Numbered from the stretch's first letter, positions 12,401 through 22,909 are shown. The stretch is DNA of 64,000 nucleotides from Schmidtea nova (GCA_044892505.1 CM097882.1:138136001-138200000), one strand, 5' to 3'. Program-made: numbers and translations. Notes: generated from the letters alone by a model not told the origin.

Positions 12401-12584
12401 TTTCTGAATTGCTAGGTAATGACTGTCCAGACTGGGCAATAACATTAACAGCTGGTGTAGTTTTGGTTTTCTCTAAATAACTGGAAATCCATCCTGTTTG
12501 CTTTTTCATACTAATTTCTGTTTGTCGCTTTTTCTGACGACATTGAACACTCGATAACATCTGACATTTCATATGGTTTGGCAT
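9417..12584 (-). pseudogene. Fragmented hAT-superfamily (ZMYM1/DUF4371-type) transposase with terminal-repeat-like end at ~9417
   Basis: Fragments DDPFNW...KKGP, LAFRGSSE...NGNFLALVE, ITIRFVD...EHFVGF...STGQGL and TRWESRID. CAGCACCGGTCCTAG...GGCGCCCTAGGCAAA at 9417-9453 resembles hAT termini. Interrupted by a solo LTR. Confidence 0.75.
9757..10850. mobile_element. Solo LTR (1094 bp) inserted in the hAT transposase
   Basis: TGTTG...CAACA termini with a 4-bp TSD AGCG at 9753-9756 and 10851-10854. Confidence 0.85.
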
Positions 12585-14986
12585 TATTTTTTAATATTTA
12601 GAAGTTAGATATAACTAAGGAAATTGATTAAAATTTAAAAGTACTACAGATTTCAAAGGATAGTTAACTTATTTCAATACCTTTTGTTTTGTTTTTTTCA
12701 ACTGATCACATATCAATACTGTCTGCGTTTTGTTGCAAAATCGATTTCCTCCAGTGTGAGTTTTTGTGTGTTTTTTCAAAATACTAATCTGAGTGTTGTA
12801 TTGATCACAACAAAAACTCAAATTTAAATCCAATCAAGATGCGGATATTTTTTAATTAAAACAAAGCGATCATTTTAGTATTTCAACCAAATTTTAAGTA
12901 AGATTGAATATATTTTTTGCACAATTAAAATTTTTTACTTTTGAAACCTAAATCTTGCAGAGAAAACTTGCATAGAAAACTTATTTTATTATTTATTTTA
13001 ATTATTAAATATTATAGTTTATGTTCATAATGTATACTAAATAATTTATTTATTTATTTTTAAGAAACTTAAATTTTTACTTAATAATTTTATGAATTTA
13101 TTAAAATTTTCAATAAACATCAAAACGAGAAATTTGCTAACATTAATTTTTATAGTTACAGTAGATTAATTTCTTTTGATGTTATTTTGGAAATGTTTTA
13201 TTTCTATTTTGAAAAATTAATTTTCAGATAAATATATTTCTAAAATTTTAATTTTAACTTTAAAATATTTATATTTGTTATAATTTGTGGTATCTATTCT
13301 TATTTAACTGAATTTTTTCAATAACAAGCCTATTAACTATTAATCGTCAATTATATTGTTTGATTTATTCATGTCCTTTAAGTAAGGAGAAGTAAGCTCT
13401 TTGACACAAGCTATTTATCTCTAAACTAAATATGTGCTGACCAATTACTGAATCCTATTATTTTGGAAGTGAACGCGAATATAACATGAAGAGTCTGCAT
13501 AAAAAGTATATTCAAATATCTGAGCAAACACTAAGTAAATTAAATTTATTAGAAACACAGGATAAAGTTAATAAACAAAAATAAAATTTAAATTGAACAA
13601 AAGCAAGAAGTAAACACAAAAAAACATAATCAAAACAAATTGACCAAAAACTCATAAAAAATTAGGTAAATATAAAATTTCAGAAATTTTTATAATTAAT
13701 TTTTTTAATTTTAATAGTATAAATGTGAAAATGTAGAAGTAAATTGGAAAAATTAATTTTATGTAAAATAAAATATTTTGATAAAAATAAAATTTATTAA
13801 AGAAATTAATAAAATTTTATACATAAAATTTATACTTATTATAGGAAAAAGTAAAATATTTAACTATTAATTTAATTAGAAAGAACATTCTAGAAGAATT
13901 TGTTTTACTGCATCAATTAAAGTCATTGCTCTAAAATGGTATAATAGAGATGCCATTTTCATAATTATAACAATATATTATAATTAAATTACGGATTTTT
14001 ATGAAATGTGTTTAAAAAACACATGAGTCAGAGAAGATTCTTTTCTGTTTTTGCGGTAGTTGTTGTAGTTGTTTATTTTAATCTAAAATAATTTACACTA
14101 TTTAATTGTGAATAGTTACCAGTCAGCCAATCAAATTCAAGTATTCATCAAAATAAATTACTATAAATACCACATCTTTGAAAATATAAATCAAATGTTG
14201 TGTAATATAAATTATAAAGGTAAGTATTTAGTACCCGGCATAATATTCTCGGACGGAAAATCCCAAAAAGTTGTAGATAGACGCTGGAAATATTCCATCA
14301 TCTTTTTCAGATTGAAGAACTGTCATATAATGGAATCCAAACAACCGTTGTTAGCAGGAGATTTATCAGGAGGAGATTTATCATTTACTGCAACTGTTGA
14401 CATTCTAATGAAGATTGCTTTAAACATATTGAAAACAAAACAATTTTATTTATGAACCAGAAATATTCCCAGTTTGAGAGTGCTGGAATTTAATCCATTA
14501 TGTGTTAATGTATTTACCAGTTGAAACATAGTTATTCTTGAAATAAAAAATTTAGAATATCATGCTATGGTTGATGAATTTGTAAACTTCATAAAAACAA
14601 TGATTATAGATCTTCTTTTGATGACCAATGCAGATTTTCTAAAGTTTTTAAATTGATATGGAGAAAATATTTTGAAAAATAAAAATTTTTCAACTATTTA
14701 TTTTATATTAGAAATTATATTAGTTTTCCCGTGGAATTTTTATTATCTTATTTTTAATTATTTCAACTTTGTAATTCATGTTTAATTATTTCTTTTATTG
14801 TAACTTTCAACTAAAATAATAATATTTCAATGTAAATATTTTCTATTAAATTGATTTCTTTTAAAAAATTTATATTTGTAATTCATATTTAATTATTGCA
14901 AAAGTAATTTTTTATTAAAATAATATTACTATGTAAATAATTTCTATTAATTTGACTTTTCATTTAATTGAAATTATAATTTTATT

Positions 14987-14996
<10 letters not shown>

Positions 14997-15032
<36 letters not shown>
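14997..15032. repeat. (TA)n microsatellite
   Basis: Direct inspection. Confidence 0.9.
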
Positions 15033-15037
<5 letters not shown>

Positions 15038-15151
15038 AAGTCATCGATTACATTATAAAATAAAAATAAAAATATTATATCATCAATTTCATAATCAAAA
15101 TATTGCGTGGTTGATAATGTAATTATACAATGTTGTTCAATATATTATATA

Positions 15152-15497
15152 TGTTGAGGTTCCGAGAATCTCAACTTGATGTTTCTTATATAAATAAAAA
15201 ATAAGACTGGTTCTTTGAAATTTTATTTAAATTACAACAATTACAACTTTGATAAAAATAACAATTATCTCAAAGATAATAATTTTAGTTTTTTTGTACG
15301 TACATGTATGTGTATGTAAGTGCTTGCAGTTTCCTGAGCTCGGATGTGCAAAATCTGTATGCTCTATTTTAATTTACAAATCGTTTACCAAATTTGTAAT
15401 TCTTTTTAAGAGTATAAGATTTTATTGGTGGTTTGACTGAGAAATCAGTCTACTTATATATCAGATTTTTGTTGACACTCCATTTCGAGTGTCAACA
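15152..15497. mobile_element. ~350-bp dispersed repeat (solo-LTR-like or HINE-like) with hairpins at both ends
   Basis: Starts TGTTGAGGTTCCGAGAATCTCAAC and ends with the 10-bp stem TGTTGACACT/AGTGTCAACA. Homologous pieces lie at ~8340-8386 (minus), 52820-52965 plus 59487-59660, and in the arms of the 6739-7125 palindrome. No TSD found. Confidence 0.55.
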
Positions 15498-16284
15498 CAC
15501 TTTTTTTTTGTATTTTAAAAATTGTTTGCACAAAATGTGCAGTGTTTATTTTGGAGCACTTAGTGCTTTTTCTTTTCTGGCACTAATTGTCTTTTGTTTG
15601 TTAAAAAGAAACAATGAGCTTTTAGTGCTCTTGTTTAAATAAATAAAATAATAATAATAATTTTAAAATAATCAAACATAAAATAAATTCTCAAATAATA
15701 CTAATAAATCAAACATCTGCCCTAAAAATAATGTGGGAAATATTACCTATTGGGTATATATAAATAATAATTATTATAATTTTATTACTATACATCGTTT
15801 TTGGATACTCAAACCCACTGCTGCACAAAAATACTTATCAAAGTAACAAAGTAAAATTCTATTTAAATTTCCAAATTTATTAATAATACCATAAAATAAC
15901 AGCAACATAACTTACATCTAAATCTTATTTTGTGGATACGATGAATAGGAAATATTGCTTTCTGCTTTAATTGGTTGTGGATAATTTGGGGGATAATGAT
16001 AGCCGAACCCGTTGTAAAAATCAGTAAATGTTCCCGTCGAAGGAAATTGAGATTCCGAAGATCTATATCTATACTTGGTTAATATTAAGGAAATGTCCTA
16101 GGTGAATCATTTCTCCGAATTAAACCTCTTCAAAATGGAATTGATAAAAATCACGAGTGATTGGACGAAGGTTTCTACGAACCAAACGAGACGATGGTGT
16201 AAATAAAGCGGAAAATATATTTTTGTAAATAATTGTATGAAATGTAGTGTCAAATTGTATTGATCTATCTGTAAAGAAAACAGT

Positions 16285-16857
16285 ATGAAAAAGCTCAGAA
16301 TACCGATATTCCTATACCTAATAACAATCACCCTACAAAGAGAAGATCTTCAACTCACAGAGAAGGAGCTACGAGCCCTACCCGAGAAAACCTATCAAGA
16401 ACTAGATAAACTAATCAGCGAAGCAACACAAGAAATCACCCAACTTCAACAGATAACATCAGACAACCCAAACGATGAAAAATTTCAACAGGTCCTATAT
16501 GAACATCGAATCAAATTGAAAACAATCAGAAAAACCCTAATAGAAGGTTGAGAACCCATAAAAAGCTTAGCCCAAGCAGAGATAGAATATCAAGAAAAAT
16601 GGATCATCGCAATTATAATAATCCTTGCACTCAGCGTGACCATTATCGCGATCACAATCCTCATAACATCATACCGAGTGAAGATCCTAAAACAAAAACA
16701 AGTCATCCTGAATCGAACAACAATACAAGACATCAGAACCCAAAAGCGAATGAGAAAACACCTAAACCGAATCCAAAGCCACTATGAACTACGAACAATC
16801 AGCGAAAGAACCCCAATCCAATCCAATACCAATCATGAAATCAAAGAGCTTGTGTAA
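16285..16857 (+). pseudogene. Left copy of the 190-aa membrane/coiled-coil ORF, truncated by CGA>TGA
   Basis: Identical to 41517..42089 except T at 16549 versus C at 41781. Confidence 0.85.
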
Positions 16858-17427
16858 AACTGATAAATTACATTCACTTTATGTATGATCCACGTACAAT
16901 TAACAATAATATGACTTTGTGCTTACGTATAAAATCTATCACCTTATGTGATTCTATGTGTACATGTAAATTGACATTTATCTGCTTAATTTTTATGTAT
17001 GATGATATAGGTGTAAATGTATAATTAATTGCTGGACGCAATTTTAGGGGTCCCCGAGTGATGTTGGGCCAGCCAAATAGAGGGAACAGTGAAATAAAAG
17101 TAGATTAATTAAAACAAAAAAGAGAAAAATAAGGTAAAAAGGGGAATATTTATTTATTAAAAGAAAGGAATAATATAGTAAAAATATAGATAAACTAAGT
17201 ACAAGCTATAAATAAAAATAAATGAATTGCTAGATATTAACGGGCCCAGGAGACATCTAAAAACAAATAAAATACAAATAATAATAATTAAAACCAAATA
17301 AAAGTACTTGTTATTGAATAATTGTTTTTGAAACCCGGACCTCCAAGGAAGAATACAATCTAAAAAATAAAAATTAATTAGAATCAAAAACAATAATTAA
17401 AAACCACCATGAAGCTGGCCGAACCTG

Positions 17428-17471
17428 ATTGGTCGGTCTAGACACGACTGATCAGTATAAATACTGATCAG
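17428..17471 (+). promoter_or_regulatory. Putative LTR core promoter: inverted CCAAT (ATTGG) plus TATAAA inside an 11-bp inverted repeat; second copy 42660-42703
   Basis: ATTGG at 17428; CTGATCAGTAT-AA-ATACTGATCAG at 17448-17471; AATAAA ~200 nt downstream. Confidence 0.55.
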
Positions 17472-18439
17472 ATTTTTCATAAAAAGAGAATAGAGACGTT
17501 GTTAGACTGTGTAAAAACTTAGACTTTGTTAGAATATAGATTTTAGACTTGTGACTTTGTTTGAGACAAAAATTTAGACTTGTGTTCAGACTAAAAATTT
17601 ACATTAGATTGCACATTGCCCCGACGACGATCACCGTTTAGACCGATTTTGATCAATAAATTTTCAGAATTCAATTGAGGTATTCTTGGTATATTTACGT
17701 TTATTGTTTGATATCGTTGTATTCATATGTCATTATCATATTATAATTTATTAGTTATCTCATTATGATTTATGTTATATTTAAACTATTTAAACTATCA
17801 TATTAATCTTGCGCCGTTGGGAGCTTTAGGTTCCCAAGGTGTCCGTCCGTGGCGTGGTGCTCGAGGGCTCCACACACGGTAAAGTAATAAATAACAAAAC
17901 ATAATTTTATTAGTGATGGTTGAGATTTGCACATGGGACACCCAACAAATCCGGGGAATTATTTTCTGATCGTTTTGGCTACGGAGGGGACGATAATTTT
18001 TTGATAAAGCTTAAAGATATGAAAGAATTTGTTAACCGGGAGGAGGCACAATTTTTCACCCTCACCACAGCGCAGCTGTTTAATAAACGTCTAATAAACC
18101 TTAGGAAAATTATGTCGACCGCATTTGATACAAAAGAGCGTTTTCGAATAAGCTAGGGATACATGACGTGAGAGAGCTTCCGTTTTGAGGTATCAATATT
18201 TTGAAAATCCAAGCAGACAAATCACCAATTCTTCGACTATAAAATTGATCGTAAACAGATAAATCTAAGTAGATACGAGAGTAATGTATACCGTAACAAG
18301 CAACAGTTTTTTCTTGATTTCAGCTAAGGTCTAAGGGGAAGGCAAATAATAAGGGTATCACGATGAGAGATAACATTTACTATGATTAATTATTGATGTA
18401 AATTGTAACTATTATCAAATTCAGCATCGTTTTGGAATC

Positions 18440-18907
18440 ATGACTAAGCATAGATACACTATCAAAAAACGACAAGAACGAGCCCGAGTTAGCCCATTAA
18501 AGCCGGCTCCTTTCGAGATTTTACAGCAAATCCATCAAAAAATGTGGGCATGGCGCCGAGAGCTTGAAACCGCCTGTCCATTTACATTATGGGACCATCC
18601 ACGGCACCACGTATGGTACCGGGGATGCGCTAGTTGGCCAATTATTCCAGACGAGGAATGCGAATCATGGCACGCCGCCTGGTTCGTCCTGATGTTGGAT
18701 AAGGGAGGATTCCCGAAATGTGTGATATATTGGGGGTTCATTCCAGCCTCTACCTTCAAGGAATTGGGGTTCAAGTTCAATACCGCAATACGACCCCTTC
18801 GAGAAGCTGAGAGGATCCGTTTTCAGCAGGCCTCGTCCAATATCAACACAAATTTGCAAATCAGATCGATATTTTCATATCGAGGAAAAATGACCGAAGA
18901 TGAATAG
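18440..18907 (+). CDS. LTR-encoded Trp-rich protein of unknown function (155 aa)
   Basis: ATG-initiated, preceded by a TTCAG acceptor-like site, identical in both repeats, more GC-balanced than its flanks. Confidence 0.6.
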   Translation: MTKHRYTIKKRQERARVSPLKPAPFEILQQIHQKMWAWRRELETACPFTLWDHPRHHVWYRGCASWPIIPDEECESWHAAWFVLMLDKGGFPKCVIYWGFIPASTFKELGFKFNTAIRPLREAERIRFQQASSNINTNLQIRSIFSYRGKMTEDE

Positions 18908-19228
18908 TTGAATCAATGGCCACATGTTTTTTTTAATTTAATAAATGTTTTAAAAAAGGTCTGAAGTGTCTCATTTTGTTAATAGTGTTGTCATGTAGAT
19001 TTAGTATTCTAGTTGTTATAGTCATTAGGAAATTCATTTAATAATCTCAAACTAGTTCAATAAATCCTTTGAGCCTTCAATAAATAGATAGTTAATTAAT
19101 TTTGCAACAAACTTAATAATTAAAAACATTAGTATGCATCTCGTTTAATGATAGTAAATAATAGACTAAATAAAATAACATTGTTGACAGGTCCTCCAGC
19201 GAATTTATCGTTATAATATTCAGACAAC

Positions 19229-19813
19229 ATGCCGACTTCAGAAAATTCCAAGAAAATCATGGGACAAATCCAAGAGAGGAAGTTGAGGGACCAGCAGCGT
19301 CAGATCAAGCGACTCACGGTCGCCAATGATGAATTGAGAGCGAAGTGGTTCTCACCCGAACAAATGAAGGACCAGTCGAAAAAACTTGAGCGAATGCAGG
19401 AAGCACTGGCCACAACCAAATTGGAACTAGATGCCGTCCAGCGAGAACTCCGAAATTGCCTAAACGCAGTAACAAGAAGTTACATCGACTCCGAATTACG
19501 AGCGCTAATCCGGCCGATCACGGCTCAGCGCTGGATACAATGCACTCACCAAGATGTCGCTTGCGGGACGGAAGAGGGAATCATCATGGCCCCCTCTCTT
19601 ACAACGGAAGATTTGCCTATTTTTCTCAGTGATCCCCCGAGAACAATAGCGCCAGCACCGGTCATAAACCAACAGCTTCGAAAACACCGAATGGGATCGC
19701 GACAGCGTCGTCGTCGCCGAGAATTTGCAAAGCGCCTGGACGAACAAATCCACCACTTGAACTCCTTAACCGAAGCGGAGTTGATTCAGGAGATTAGTCT
19801 GGAATTCGCTTAG
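19229..19813 (+). CDS. LTR-encoded coiled-coil protein with Arg-rich motif (194 aa)
   Basis: ATG-initiated, preceded by TTGTTGACAG, contains RKHRMGSRQRRRRRE, followed by AATAAA. Identical in both repeats. Confidence 0.65.
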   Translation: MPTSENSKKIMGQIQERKLRDQQRQIKRLTVANDELRAKWFSPEQMKDQSKKLERMQEALATTKLELDAVQRELRNCLNAVTRSYIDSELRALIRPITAQRWIQCTHQDVACGTEEGIIMAPSLTTEDLPIFLSDPPRTIAPAPVINQQLRKHRMGSRQRRRRREFAKRLDEQIHHLNSLTEAELIQEISLEFA

Positions 19814-20378
19814 GAAAACATCCATGTAAAATAACAACCTGTTTTTAGTATTTTAATAAAAGTATTTCTGTGTAAATTTTGTCTCTCATCGGGTGATGTT
19901 ACTAAATGAAATAAAATAACAAAAATGAAATCATCGAAATAAAAAAATATCGCCCCGAAATTTTCTCAAACCGACCGTTTATACGCAGGGACTGATTAAT
20001 TACATTGTAGATCAATTAAGGAAAGTCGTTGGGAAAGGCGTGTGATAGAGCATAAGGATATGTAGTACAAAATTTAGTAGAGCGAACATCCATAGAATGA
20101 AAATGCGTAAGACCTTCTATCGGCAGCAAGGACCCGAGGGAAGATAAATGGGGAGTAGTTTTGGCAACAAAGCTCACCTGCCCATCATTTTTCCCCCACC
20201 GTATGCAGTACCAACTTGACTAGTAGGGAATAGTCAAGGGCATACGCGTGTAGTAGTCATGTTATGTATGGTTATGGGCGTGGAATCCCTAGTATACATA
20301 TTCATCAATAGTCGTTCAATTAATGATTAACTATTTATTTGAATTACTTAAAACCCACCCATAACCCCAGCATAAATT

Positions 20379-20396
20379 TGGGGGCTCAGCCGGGAT
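20379..20396 (+). promoter_or_regulatory. Primer-binding site, tRNA-Pro type
   Basis: TGGGGGCTCAGCCGGGAT matches the canonical tRNA-Pro complement TGGGGGCTCGTCCGGGAT at 16/18 positions, 6 nt after the LTR-terminal CA. Confidence 0.85.
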
Positions 20397-20700
20397 CAAC
20401 TTTGTTTTATGCGGAAAAGGTGAACCCAATGACAACAGAGAAATTTAAAGTCAGAATTTTGTGAGTAGAAATAGTAACCGAAAGAGTAATCGAGATAAAA
20501 GTGAGTTGCGTGGAAATAGATAATTACAGACAGGGAATTAAAACAAATTAGTAGATAAATTGAACAAATGCATTCATAAATAACAGGTCGGGACGACAAT
20601 TTACCGAAACACGGGGGGAGGCTATAAAACTGTCAGAAACGAAAGACAGTACTACTTTTCGAATAATATTAACACAGTAATTAAATAAATTATCTAGGAA

Positions 20701-21162
20701 ATGGAGGAAAAACTGAAAGAAATCGAGGAATTTTTCAACACCGAGAACGATACATTTGAGACAGTCTGCGAAAAAATAACCCGAATAAGAGCATCCGAAT
20801 ATGAGGAACCTACGACACAAACGGAGGAAACAACTGAGTTAATAAAAATCATAGAGAAAGTAAATAAACTCGATATAAATACGCGATATAAATGGTACAA
20901 AGCACGATTAGAGGATGCCGAGTTGAATATCAGATGCCGACATATAGAACAGCAGTTAAGTCTAACATATAACCGATGGATGTCGCAAGGGGTCGAGGCA
21001 GCAAAACAATATAAACAATGTTACATATGCGAAGACAGTGAAATCCAAATAATGTTTTTGCCATGTGGACATTTTCGATTCTGTAAAAACTGTGCGAATA
21101 AGTGTGATGAGTGCCCCATGTGCAGTTTCTCTGTAGCTGATAGAATTGTAGTTTATTTATAA
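20701..21162 (+). CDS. Coiled-coil plus C-terminal IAP-type RING finger (putative E3 ligase) upstream of gag
   Basis: CYICEDSEIQIMFLPCGHFRFCKNCANKCDECPMC...IVVYL: IAP-like C3HC4 RING at the extreme C-terminus. Confidence 0.85.
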   Translation: MEEKLKEIEEFFNTENDTFETVCEKITRIRASEYEEPTTQTEETTELIKIIEKVNKLDINTRYKWYKARLEDAELNIRCRHIEQQLSLTYNRWMSQGVEAAKQYKQCYICEDSEIQIMFLPCGHFRFCKNCANKCDECPMCSFSVADRIVVYL

Positions 21163-21639
21163 TAAATATTTAGAGTGTGTTAATATATTGTATCGAATGA
21201 CAAAGTCAGGGGAGCAATCAACAATGTTAATTAATTTTTGAGCTACTGTCAAGTAGTCCGTTAAGCACCCATTGGGAGGTACCAGTTGATCAACCCACTC
21301 GGGGTATATAGAAAGGGGCCAATCGCAAATGTTGGAAAGCTTTTGTGATGTGATTGATCACCACATCCCGCATTAGTAGACCAACGCGATCTTTTTGTAT
21401 ATTTTGGTTGGGGAGAGAAATAGGGAAAACCCTGATGAGGTAAGATGCGCGCAGAGAAAATAATAAAAATTGAATTATGACTGATCAGCGAAAGAATTAG
21501 TAATAAAACAAAGAATCGAGGAATTATAGAGAAAAATAAGAGGTGCATAATCAGCTCGCATGAAATTGAGAGAACTCAGCTGAGAAATTGTAGTCGCTAG
21601 CGAAGTTAAGAATTACGATTAACCGGTTAAGGAAAATTT

Positions 21640-21852
21640 ATTAGAATTTGTCCCTTGAAACAAAGGGTTATCAGCGGTTTGTCCCTTGAAACAAAGGGTT
21701 ATTAGAATTTGTCCCTTGAAACAAAGGGTTATTAGAATTTGTCCCTTGAAACAAAGGGTTATCAGCGGTTTGTCCCTTGAAACAAAGGGTTATTAGAATT
21801 TGTCCCTTGAAACAAAGGGTTATCAGCGGTTTGTCCCTTGAAACAAAGGGTT
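21640..21852 (+). repeat. Leader tandem array 1: 7 x GTCCCTTGAAACAAAGGGTT with two alternating spacers (30/31-bp units)
   Basis: Spacers ATTAGAATTT (A) and ATCAGCGGTTT (B) in the order A,B,A,A,B,A,B. Confidence 0.95.
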
Positions 21853-22130
21853 GAGGCCAAAGAGCCATATTGAATGACCTAGCTAGGCGTTATTGAGAGA
21901 TACGATTTAAGGCCAATAGAGCCATTTGAGATAATTGAGATATGATTTAAGGCCAATAGAGCCATTTGAGATAATTGAGATATGATTTAAGGCCAATAGA
22001 GCCATTTGAGATAATTGAGATATGAATTTAAGGCCAAAAGAGCCATTTGAGATAGTTGAGATATGAATTTGAGGCCATAAGAGCCATTTGAGATAATTGA
22101 TATTAATTAGAGGCCAAAGGAGCCAATAGG
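21853..22130 (+). repeat. Leader tandem array 2: ~40-bp unit AAGGCCAATAGAGCCATTTGAGATAATTGAGATATGATTT
   Basis: GGCC cores at 21855, 21911, 21951, 21991, 22032, 22073 and 22112. Confidence 0.9.
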
Positions 22131-22148
22131 GATATCCGGATATATAGT

Positions 22149-22359
22149 AACGGAGGGAATATAGGCCCAGGGTTACAATTGTTGAGTAGCAACGGAGGGA
22201 ATATAGGCCCAGGGTTGCAATTATTTAAAATTAAAGGAAGATAGTAACGGAGGGAATATAAGCCCAGGGTTACAATCGTTTGAGTAGCAACGGAGGGAAT
22301 ATAGGCCCAGGGTTGCAAGTGATAAGAAATAACAACAGAGGGAATATAGGCCCAGAGTT
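22149..22359 (+). repeat. Leader tandem array 3: 5 x AACGGAGGGAATATAGGCCCAGGGTT with variable spacers
   Basis: Copies at 22149, 22191, 22246, 22289 and 22334; higher-order period ~97 bp. Confidence 0.9.
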
Positions 22360-22909
22360 GTGATCGTCGACGATAATGAGAATAGTGCGCACCAGGAATT
22401 GAGAAATGCGAGTAAAGCTGATTATGCGACCTAAAATAATGCATGCAAGTAGAATCGAGAAATAGGAGCTGACCGGAAAGACCGGCAGAATTAATAATTA
22501 GAGGCTAGCAGAGAGAAAGATAAAGAGATAATAAAATAATAATCGAGTCAAATGACTCAGGGAATTAGAGCGTTCGAACGACAAATAAATTGGGAGACCG
22601 CGGGAAAAATAATTGATGTATTTTAATAACCGATAGATAATTGTTATGACTAAATAGATAATTGTGACTAGTATATAGATAATTTAAATAGACTTAAATA
22701 AAGGGGAATCTGGGAATGGGGAAAAATAATAGAAACCCAGTAATGAGAAGTCCCGTAAAAAGGGAATAAAAGCGCAACGATAACAATAGAGTATCGTTGA
22801 AGTGACATTTGTATTTTAGATAAATCAATCAAACCAAACCAAGCAACCAAGGAAGAAAAGAATCGGAACACGATAAGACAGGAAAATTGAGTATACAAAA
22901 GTAATCCCG

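Larger units (their letters stand above)
16163..20372 (+). repeat. Left long direct repeat (contains 5' LTR; candidate true LTR 17030-20372, TGCTGG...CCAGCA)
   Basis: Matches 41395-45604 with only 3 substitutions noticed (16549, 20031, 20032). Ends in CA followed by the PBS. Confidence 0.9.

Noticed and set aside
14108-14640. Degenerate coding-like stretch in the AT-rich region
   Set aside because: Alternative start codon, in-frame stops and no recognisable family; cannot support a call.
17920-18156. 78-aa ORF in the LTR (copy 43152..43388)
   Set aside because: TTG start and short; it could be an exon, but the only nearby donor-acceptor pair (17879-17913) gives a 35-nt intron, so it is unsupported.
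21640-22359. CRISPR-like look of the leader arrays
   Set aside because: Spacers are re-used (A/B alternation, dimeric period) rather than unique; these are tandem repeats inside a retroelement leader.
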